Part shown: one piece after another, positions 28,242 to 37,488 of the stretch
How the letters are laid out: every line of letters begins with the position of its first letter
How positions within the stretch are numbered: position 1 is the stretch's first letter
Assembly: GCA_048013815.1 (NCBI GenBank)
Contig: CM106586.1
Location: 4,960,001-5,024,000 of the forward strand
Reading direction: 5' to 3'
DNA from: Setoptus koraiensis
Lineage: Eukaryota; Animalia; Arthropoda
Length of the DNA: 64,000 bases
Translations under genes and position numbers: made by a program
Notes under the pieces: model-generated
The model's database searches: none
What the model saw: the letters and a program-made list of their open reading frames with translations, nothing else
Told to the model about the DNA's origin: nothing

Positions 28242-28322
28242 CTTCATTTTGGCCAGAGACTTGATGGATGAACGACGCGTATCGCCAACACCAAAAGTGG
28301 AATGGCTCGACAGGGACGACAT
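28242..28322 (-). CDS. CTNNAL1: alpha-catulin-like gene, first identified coding exon (MSSLSSH...LAKMK)
   Basis: 81 nt from ATG to a phase-0 donor AAG|GTGAGT at 28241, splicing in frame into the next exon. An in-frame stop lies 8 codons upstream, so this ATG may be the start, or an upstream exon was missed. Confidence 0.6.
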
Positions 28323-29624
28323 AATTAGTTTTTCGCTCGACGATTATAGCCTGCTGATGATCGCTTGATCAATGTAGCTTGATCAATGTAGCTTGATGAA
28401 TGAAACTGGTCACTAATTCTCGACGACGACAACTAATTAATTATGATAATGTAGTGTGCACGGGAAATTGATTTGGCTAGCACTAAATTGTGTCACTAAT
28501 TCGAGTTGCTGCCGTCGAGTCGCTGCTATTTGCTATACTTTAACTATTGTAACTGCTAATTATATATTTATACTTGTGTATAGTTGTTTTTTCTTGCTTC
28601 GCTCTCTCGTCTCGCCTCGTTTCTTCGCACAATCCTACAAAATTGAAATTATTTTCTAGAGATTCTATAATTAAACTGGCTTGCTCACTTGTGTGCTCAC
28701 TTTATGTGAATTATATATGAGAAAGAGAGAGGGAGAGAGAGACAGCGAGAGGGAGAGACAACCTATAATACAACAAGCTATTTAGCTGTGTTTGTGTGTA
28801 AAAGAACTCTCAGCTAAACTGCTTGATTGAGCTAAAACGACGACAGTCAACTATGGATGGTATCTATGCTGTTTATGGTAATGCGAACAACGCAAAATGG
28901 CCATGGGATCGCTCTCTTTCTCTTATCGAGCCAAATTATCGAATGGGCACCTTTTGTTGCGTCAGCTTCTTCCTCTCTCTCTCTCTCTCTCACTCAAATT
29001 ATGGCCTCACAAGCCTCAGCTTTGTCGGTTTCGTGTGCGCCAACCAGGAACCCGCGGCTTGCAATCACGCAATTACGCAAGATAGATTGTGCGCATAGGC
29101 GACGCATAGCTCCACAAAAGCACCACGCTCACTACAAATGCCGGCTCTATGGTCCCGCCAATCACGTGCGGGCACCAGCACGTGGCTCCATCTGGGGGCC
29201 TGGAACGGTGGTTGCGCCGCCTAATCGACCCAATCATAGATTCAATGATGCACTGCCTCGACAAGATCTTCCAACAAAAAAAAACTAGAAAAAATGAACT
29301 CTCCAAACAAAGTGTCAGCTCTGTTGAATTGAAGCTGCACGAGATTAATTGATGTTGAGGTCGATTAGCTGGGATACGGTCGTTTGCTCGGAGGTTGGTT
29401 GCTCGAAACGTCATTTGCTCGACTCGACACTTGCTCGAGACGTTGTTTGCTCGACTCATATACATCATATCAGAAATTTATTGTATCATTTAATCATCGT
29501 CACCTTCTTCTTCATCTCTTCAGAATTCAACAAAGACCGTTGGATTAATATTCAGTGTAAAACTCTTAATGGTTAATATCGCGTTAAGTTGGTCGCGTTA
29601 AGTTCGCGATAAAATTGAACACTT

Positions 29625-30425
29625 TTAGAACTGCAATCTCTTTATTGATCTTTTATGAATCTCTTTGTGAGGCTCAATTGGCTCTCCTCTATGCTTAACA
29701 ATCAATTTTAAGCGAAATCGCCAATCATTAAACGCGTCAGATATCATGTCTGCGGGTATTTGTGACCATACCCTGGATGCAGTTTCGAACAACGCATCGA
29801 GTGTATGGCACTTTTCACCGCGCAACTTCTGCTTAAGATACCCGAACCCAAAAAAGTCCATTGGAGATCCATCAGGCGTCTTTGGTGGGATATCTTCCTT
29901 CTTAATAATAGAATATTCGAAAAATCGGCTCAATGACAGAAGCTCCTCTTGGGTATGTCGCGAGGTGTGCGAGGAAGCGCCATCGTGGTGCACGAAAACT
30001 TTGCCCATCTGACCTGGGTACAATTTGGGCAGCCAGTCTGTCATCAAGGGAGTGAGGACGTGGTCCATGTAGAATGTCGAATCTATTTTAGTATTCGAAG
30101 GCACTCTTATAAGAGGTAGACTACCACGCCCAGTCAGAATACCCACAACCATGATCTTCTTGCCGAACTGTGTTGGCTTTGTGTGCGTGAAGTGCGCTGG
30201 CACTTGTGTGCGTTTAGGCACGTAAACGATTGGCGACTTGCGGTCTGTGTCGCTCATGTGCAGCCAAGTCTCATCCAATGTGACAACGAATTCTAAATTC
30301 TTTTTCTTTAGCGGTCCTCTCAACAACCTCGCAGCGCAAATTTCTCTCTGCACTTTGTGCAAATCGGTGAGTTCGTGTACTTTGTATTTCTTTCTTGTGT
30401 CTAATGAGCTGTGAATGATTTTATT
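29625..30425 (-). mobile_element. Tc1/mariner transposase, DD41D spacing (rosa/Visitor-like), 5'-truncated
   Basis: Motifs TLDETW, HHDGASSH and PPKTPDGSPMDFFGFG, with 41 residues counted between the 2nd and 3rd Asp. The frame stays open upstream to 30425 (NKIIHSSLDTRKKYKVHELTD), where a HINE-like end interrupts it. Confidence 0.85.
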
Positions 30426-31671
30426 AGCGCTTAATTTTAATTAAGCTGCTATTGGGGTGGTGATTATGACTACGTTTATTCACGTGACTATGTAATCCTA
30501 TGGAGGTTTGACTTAGTCAAATTTGTGAGAATCCTTCTAGACATTGCACATGTATTCCTGGTTGTTCTAGCGATTAGGTCCCCAACCGGATCTTGATGAA
30601 ACTTCCGGTATAGGTCTATTCTGACCTAACTAAGACGAAAAAAGTGGTCCGGAAGCCAGGAAACTTCCGGTTCCGGTTTTACATAAAGTTAAAGCTAGAG
30701 CTCTGAAATTCACTACAGAGACGTTTCAAGCTACGCTGAACACGATGACATAATTTTCAGCTCTGTGCGACTTCCGGTTTTCGAGATATAGAGATATTAC
30801 TGGGGTTAGAATACCGGAAGTGACCAAATTATTGCTTCGCTGCGCTCAGGGATGCACATGCGGTGTGTCTGAGAACTCGGCCTGCGGCCTCGTATTCTGG
30901 AGGCCGTCACATCTCCGTCGTCGCTCCCGCGACGACTGCGTGCGACGGGAACCCTTCGGGTAGGGTTGATGAGCGCTTCGGGTATCGGGCTGCGCCCTCT
31001 ACCCTCCGCTCACATGACTGCAATCCAAACACAGCTGCAGGCGGGAAGAGTGAACGAACCAACTAATTCGTTGATATTCAGGGTTAATATGACCGAAACA
31101 GACATGGATACAGGGTGTTGCGCGCACGAGGCACAGGATGGGTCCGCTCATCGCGACCGCACAGGGCCCGGCCACACCCTTTTTTGCGTTAAACAGCTAT
31201 ATCTAGGTAACCGGAAGCGGCAGAAGATTAATTTTGATTTCATCGTGCTTCGCTAGGCGTCATCTATCCGATTATGAATTTTCAAAGCTCTATCTCAATC
31301 TCTAGGTAACTCCGGAACCGGAAGTTTCCTGGCTTCCGGTCTACTCATTCCATGATATGGGGCCCCTACGGGACCCATGTGTGAAGTTTCATCGAAATCT
31401 GAGTGGGGACCTAATCGCAAGAACACCCGTATTCCTATGCAGATTCGACTTGGTCGATTATCGCTTCACTCGAAAATATTTCGTATGCAATCCCATGGAG
31501 ATTTGACTAGGTCACATTTGTGCGCAGCTCGGTGGTGACAAATCGAAATTCGAAAATTGAATATGAATGAATATTTGAATTCCTAATGACAGTTCCATCT
31601 GCACGTTCGATGTTCGATGGTCAGAGTTCGGTGGTCAATGTTCGATGGTCACAATTCGAACTTCGAAATTC
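30426..31671 (+). mobile_element. HINE-like 5' part hosting a Merlin MITE and bordering the autonomous Merlin
   Basis: TT|AGCGCTTAATTTTAATTAAGC start. The body resumes after the MITE TSD and matches sequence at ~53598-53660. Confidence 0.55.
30560..31428 (-). mobile_element. non-autonomous Merlin derivative (MITE), 869 bp
   Basis: Same termini as the autonomous element, with exact 8-bp TSD GTATTCCT on both sides. Confidence 0.9.
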
Positions 31672-32303
31672 GGGTGTTGTAGCGAATAGTGCCCCAGTCA
31701 GATTTCGATGAAACTTCACACATGGGGCCCGTAGGGCCCAAAAACAATAACCTCGGTGGTCCGGAAGTGCGGAAACTTCCGGTTCCGGTTTTACAAAAAA
31801 AATGAGATACAGGCTTGAAACTCACTATACATGTGAATCAGAGCACGCAGAGTACGATAACGTCAATTTCAAATTTGTCTCACTTCCGGTTGATGAGATA
31901 TCTGGATGAAACCGCTGCAGGGGCGTAGACGGGACGGAATACCCGCGCGCACGAACAAATACGTGCGCTATCAGGCTCATTCTGTTCTACACTTAAGGAT
32001 GCGCAGCTCCTTTTCTGTGCCGGATACATGTTCATAGCCTGTCGTTGCTGGAATGTGGCTCTTCTACACAGTTCTGGTTCATAGGAGTCATTTCCGCATG
32101 AAAATTATTGAAACATCTGATCAGAGTGCTTGATTGGAGGTATTTTCGATTTCAAATCGTTAGCAGGAAGCTGCAGAATGACCTAATTAGACATTGCACG
32201 AGCTGTAATCTATAGGTCACTTCGTGCTCGTATAAGCAGCGCAGCACATTCGATATTCTTCACTAACCTTTCTTCCCTCTTTCTCTACACATACAGGCAC
32301 ACA

Positions 32304-33272
32304 ATGGACACAGATTCTCAAACGGATGAATACACGGAAGTGGAGAGCCAGGACTCGATAACGGCACCAATGCTCGCGGGCCATTGGGGACCGGTTCGTC
32401 TCTACCGAGAGGCACAACTGGGGGATACCCTGGCTTGTGCCCAATGGTGTTTAGACGCCGGAATCCTTGGAACCCGCAAGCAATGCCGGATCCACAGGAA
32501 GCCACGGAGCCTCGAAGTCAAAGAGGGCAAGCTCTTCTGGCGCTGTCGTCCTTGCGACGACAGATTGCCAGTTCTAGTGGGCACTGCCTTCGAAGACTCG
32601 AAGCTTCCCCTTGGCAAGGTGCTCATGTTAGCACTGAGTTTTGCCAATGGGGACAGCTATGAGGCAACTCAGCGGAACTGCCTCTTCGAGGCGAACGACA
32701 TCGTCGCTAAGACGACCATCGCGAGATGGTTCACGATGTTCCGCGAGTTCGTGGTGGACGTGGCCCCCAAGCCATGGCCCCGATCCATGATCGGTGGCCG
32801 GGGGAAAATCGTCCAGGTGGACGAGGCGCTGATCGGCCGGCGGAAGTATAACCGCGGCCGAGTCATACCGGGCCGCACCTGGGTGCTCGGTATGATCGAC
32901 GAGGACGGGGCGGTCGCGATGGAGATCTGCCCAGGCCGCTCGAGAGCGGACCTGGAGCCGATCATTCAGCGACACGTCCGCTCGGGCAGCGTCATCCACA
33001 CGGATGGCTGGGCGGCCTACAGTGGCCTAGAAGCCCTAGGCTACGAACACCGAGTGGTCAACCACTCGGAAGAGTTCGTAGCCGATGATGGGACTCACAC
33101 CCAGCGTATCGAGTCCCAATGGAGGGCTCTTCGGCGGGATTTCGGACCAGGAGGTAGACGCCACGCCAGGGTGTCTACTCACCTGGCTGAATACATATGG
33201 CGCCGTGGATGTCATCAGTCTGGCCAAGATCCTTTTGTACAATTTCTCAAATTAATAAAAATATCAGAATAA
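32304..33272 (+). CDS. Merlin/IS1595-family DDE transposase, 322 aa, intact
   Basis: N-terminal Zn-ribbon (C..H...WRCRPC), VQVDE, RKYNRGR, IHTDGWAAY and VNHS...THTQRIES.W motifs. TATAAG at ~32231; AATAAA at ~33254 and ~33268. Confidence 0.95.
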   Translation: MDTDSQTDEYTEVESQDSITAPMLAGHWGPVRLYREAQLGDTLACAQWCLDAGILGTRKQCRIHRKPRSLEVKEGKLFWRCRPCDDRLPVLVGTAFEDSKLPLGKVLMLALSFANGDSYEATQRNCLFEANDIVAKTTIARWFTMFREFVVDVAPKPWPRSMIGGRGKIVQVDEALIGRRKYNRGRVIPGRTWVLGMIDEDGAVAMEICPGRSRADLEPIIQRHVRSGSVIHTDGWAAYSGLEALGYEHRVVNHSEEFVADDGTHTQRIESQWRALRRDFGPGGRRHARVSTHLAEYIWRRGCHQSGQDPFVQFLKLIKISE

Positions 33273-33340
33273 ATTCAAACTACCTCTCATCTTTGCCTTC
33301 CATGCGTCCCCATTTCGTTCTTTTTCTATCATTCGTGTAT

Positions 33341-33500
33341 GGATTGCAGTCATGTGAGCGGAGGGTAGAGGGCGCAGCCCGATACCCGAAGCGCTCATCA
33401 ACCCTACCCGAAGGGTTCCCGTCGCACGCAGTCGTCGCGGGAGCGACGACGGAGATGTGACGGCCTCCAGAATACGAGGCCGCAGGCCGAGTTCTCAGAC
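33341..33500 (+). other. conserved multi-hairpin module inside the Merlin family (putative structured RNA or ssDNA element)
   Basis: Hairpins TGAGCG-GA-GGGTA-GA-GGGC(GCA)GCCC-GA-TACCC-GAAG-CGCTCA; ACCC(GAA)GGGT; GTCGTCGC(GGGA)GCGACGAC; CGGCCTC(n8)GAGGCCG. Present in 8 copies in the window. Confidence 0.6.
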
Positions 33501-33948
33501 ACACCGCATGTGCATCCCCGAGCGCAGCGAAGCAATAATTTGGTCACTTCCGGTCTTCTAACCCTAGTAATATCTCTATATCTCGAAAACCGGAAGTCGC
33601 ACAGAGCTGAAAATTATGTCATCGTGTTCAGCGTAGCTTGAAACGTCTCTGTAGTGAATTTCAGAGCTCTAGATTCAACTTTTTGTAAAACCGGAACCGG
33701 AAGTTTCCGCACTTCCGGACCACTTTCCCCGATGGTTTTGGGTCAAGATGAACCCGTACCGGAAGTTTCATCAAAATCGGGGCGGGGCACTATTCGCTAC
33801 AACAACCCATAAATTCAATGATATAGTGATTGATTTCAATCAAGTTGAAGAAAGTCTTTCGAGTGAGTCGGTGATTGTTCTGATGGATCATGTTAGAAAG
33901 CGGGGCTTACCGCCATGTGTTGATTGTCAAGTGGGCTGTCTAGTCAAA

Positions 33949-35488
33949 GGACCTGTTGCATTTAGGGTCTCCAGAATCAAACTGGTCTGACATACATGAA
34001 TATAGTATTTTCGTGATCGGAAGAGCCTCCTGAGCACGAATATACCAGTTGCATCATCCTTCAGTTCGACGTTTAGCCACTAGGCGGCGTTGCTGTTTTT
34101 GACTTTCGGGGCCTCTGGAGCCTCAGTCTCTTGTCGTAGAGACACGTTCTTGGTATCGTTGGATAGATCTTTGGAAGACGCATCTATGGAGGGTATAATT
34201 TTTCCCTAGACTCGAATCCAAGTCCGGGAAAAAATCGAAGAAAAACTTTGGCCCCAATTCGTGGGGCCCCAGGGATGTCTGCCCAAAGATTTGACAGCTC
34301 ATAAAAATAGCCCTATATAAGAGCTTCGAAATGATATATAATACATCGAAATCAAAATGAACGTCGATGACCAAAAATGAAAAAAACCACACACACATCC
34401 CCTCGAATTAGAGATATAAGGCAGATCGGGTGCTCTGCTGATTAGGAGCCAAGCTCGATTTCCCTAAAAATCGATACGTGGGCTATGAATGGGCCCATGA
34501 AGACGTTCTTGATCGTCCAGAAGTGCGATAGAGCCTACTTCCGGAGATAAGAAAAAACCCGAATTTCGGGCCTCTGAGGGGCCTCAAAACAATTATCTTC
34601 GCACAGTTGTCTAGATTGTTATATCAATATCGAAGTAGAGTGAAAATTCACACTCTGCGTCACCTGAACCGTTAGAAATTCACTGTTGGTTATGTAAGGT
34701 ACGCATACGCCCTGCTAGAGATGTTGGGAGGCCCAAGGCCGAGTCGGTGAAGATCGAAAAAGAGGTCAGTAGTACTGACAGTACCATTCAATCAGTGAAC
34801 GAGTGAAGAGTGGGGATAAATCACCGTAATTCTGATGTCAATATGCCTTCAAATACCCTTCAATTCCCGGAATGCGGTACCTCCGGTATCTCGATGATGA
34901 AGAATTTCCGCACCCCTGAAATACCCACTCGGGTATCAAGGTACAATACCCTACCCAAAAATACCCAAAATACCGAATTTAGGCTTGGCCATCATTCAAC
35001 GGAGCACCCGATCTGCCTTTTATCTCCAATTCGAGGGGATGTGTGAGTGGTTTTTTTCATTTTTGGTCATCGACGTTCATTTTGATTTCGATGTATTATA
35101 TATCATTTCGAAGCTCTTATATAGGGCTATTTTTATAAGCTGTCAAATCTTTGGGCAGACATCCCTGGGGCCCCACGAATTGGGGCCAAAGTTTTTCTTC
35201 GATTTTTTCCCGGACTTGGATTCGAGTTTAGGGAAAAATTATACCCTCCATAGATGCGTCTTTCAAAGATCCATCCAACGATACCAAGAACCCGTCTCTA
35301 CGACAAGAGACTGAGGCTCCAGAGGCCCCGAAAGTCAAAAACAGCAACGCCGCCTAGTGGCTAAACGTCGAACTGAAGGATGATGCAACTGGTATATTCG
35401 TGCTCAGGAGGCTCTTCCGATCACGAAAATACTATATTCATGTATGTCAGACCAGTTTGATTCTGGAGACCCTAAATGCAACAGGTCC
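33949..35488. mobile_element. Spy-type non-autonomous DNA transposon, 1540 bp, ~490-bp TIRs
   Basis: Long near-perfect inverted arms with GGAC...GTCC ends, flanked by AAA and TTT with no TSD. Confidence 0.75.
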
Positions 35489-36318
35489 TTTCGTACGCAA
35501 GCAATCCACATGTGTATCATGCTGCGATAGAAATTTGGAGAACTTTTATTCATTCTGTCATCTTCTCGTCTACTCTGATCTGACAGGCATGGATGTTCAT
35601 TTCCGACATGTTGTCACTTGCCTGCGAACAGCCATGGGTGACCAATCGCTCTCTTGACTGCTTTCGCTCTCTCGGAGTTGTCGCTCGTTGTCGCTCGCTG
35701 CTGCCGGCAGACGTAGCCGACCTAAAGCCGACCTAATCTTTTAGTCTGCATACTAAGATTAGTACCATGCTAAGCAGCGACATAGCGAAGAAAAGATTTG
35801 ATAATAAAATTTTTTAACAACAACATGTTGCATCATTGACGAGAGTAATTTTGTTACACTGATACTAGCAATAGCAACGCAGAAACTTTTCATGTTCATT
35901 ATTATGTGGTGCTCACTACGAATCACTGTTAGAATCATGCAATGTGCGAACGAAAATTGAACAACCATCATTTCTTAAATGTTCAGAAACAAATCTTGAT
36001 CATACCGGCAAAACAAATTCGCATTTTTCGTTATTAGTATGCTTTTTCCATGTCACAGATAACAAGTAATTGTAACCAGCAAATAATTGCCCTTGCAATC
36101 GGGTATTACGAGAGCATGTACACTGTGCATAAGTCTTGGTTGATGAAAGAATTAGCTTCGACTATCTAAATCGATTTGTCACGTCAGTTTTAAGCTCGGT
36201 TGGTCCACAGGAAAGTCTGGCATGATGAGAGATGTCGAAATTGGCCAGACTAACAATTGTAAGTGGCAGTCAAATGCGTATCTGCACTATCAACTGATGG
36301 ATAATTCGATGAAATTTC

Positions 36319-37190
36319 GGTTGTTGTAGCGAATAGTGCCACACTCAGATTCTGATGAAACTTTCGGTATAGGTTTATATTGACCTCAATAGAACGAAAA
36401 AAGTGGTCCGGAAGTGCGGAAACTTCCGGTTCTGGTTTTACCTCAAGTTAGAGCTAGAGGTCTGAAAATCACCATACTAGCCTTTCAAAGGACGCTGACT
36501 ACAATGGCATAATTTACAGCTCGGTGCGACTTCCGGTTCTCGAGATATCGGCATATTTATTGGTTTGGAAGACCGGAAGTTGACGAATTTCAGCTTCGCT
36601 GCACTCGGGTATGAACCTGCGATAGGTCTGAGAACTCGGCCTGCGGCCTCGTAATTTGGAGGCCGTCACATCTCCGTCGTCGCTCCCGCGACGACTGCGT
36701 GCGACGGGAACCCTTCGGGTAGGGTTGATGAGCGCTTCGGGTATCGGGCTGCGCCCTCTACCCTCCGCTCACATGACTGCAAACCATAGACGAGAGTAAG
36801 AGACAAGAAGAAATGTTAAAAGCCTCGGAACATGATTCAAGCACAGATCTAGCGCTGTGCCATCTTGTGTGGCGACATATCGGAGCCTCTAGGGCGCACG
36901 TATTTACTCGTGCGCGCGGATGCTTCGTCCCGAGCGGGATACCCGCGCGGTTTTTCCTGAATATCTCCGCAACCGGAAGCCGCACACACGTAAAACGAAC
37001 TCCATTGTACTCAGAATGTTCATATCCTGCTGCATATCAAGTTCCATAGCTCTAGCTTGAATTTTGTGTAAAACCGGAACCGGAAGTTTCCGCACTTCCG
37101 GACCAGCAAATCCGTTGTTTGGGGGCCCTAAGGGCCCCATGTGTGAAGTTTGGTGGAAATCTGAGTGTGGCACTATTCGCTACAACACCC
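36319..37190 (-). mobile_element. non-autonomous Merlin derivative, 872 bp
   Basis: Both TIRs present, exact 8-bp TSD GAAATTTC. Confidence 0.9.
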
Positions 37191-37488
37191 GAAATTTCTT
37201 ACGTTTCAGTTAGCTCAATCTCCATTGGTTTCGCTTGCACGTGAAACATGATCAAGTACACTAGCTTGTGCCACCAATGTGTTCCTTATTTGAAAACTCA
37301 TGCGTTCCCTGCCAGAAAATTACAAGGTTGATGTCAAATTATCCAAGGGTACACATTCCACAGAGGAGGTGCTCAACAAACAACTCAACGATACGGAACG
37401 TGTAGCTGCAGCATTAGAAAACAACAATCTCCTAGCAGTCATAAACCAGTGTATTTACAGTTATTACTAATAACTTCGAGCCCATGGT

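Larger units (their letters stand above)
31672..33807 (+). mobile_element. autonomous-looking Merlin (IS1595/IS1016-like) DNA transposon, 2.14 kb
   Basis: Termini GGGTGTTGTAGCGAATAGTGCCCC and GGGGCACTATTCGCTACAACAACC form bipartite inverted ends around an intact transposase ORF. No exact TSD (CGAAATTC vs CATAAATT). Confidence 0.9.

Noticed and set aside
27570-28322. Single 250-aa CDS as listed in the ORF track
   Set aside because: It reads through a 171-nt intron (28071-28241) and past a donor at 27593.
30863-31256. Recurrent short ORFs (MCLRTRPAASYSGG..., MSASGIGLRPL...)
   Set aside because: Incidental frames of the repeated Merlin core, with starts and stops that vary between copies.
32304-33272. 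Bacterial IS1595 contamination, or a TnpB/Fanzor nuclease
   Set aside because: Its termini are shared with MITEs integrated with TSDs among eukaryotic repeats. The ORF has IS1595-type DDE motifs and no RuvC/TnpB motifs.
33341-33500. Hammerhead, HDV or twister ribozyme, or tRNA/SINE identity for the structured module
   Set aside because: TTGATGAG on the opposite strand is not followed by the required GAAA after stem II. I found no convincing HDV/twister core or Pol III A/B boxes by eye. A covariance search is still needed.
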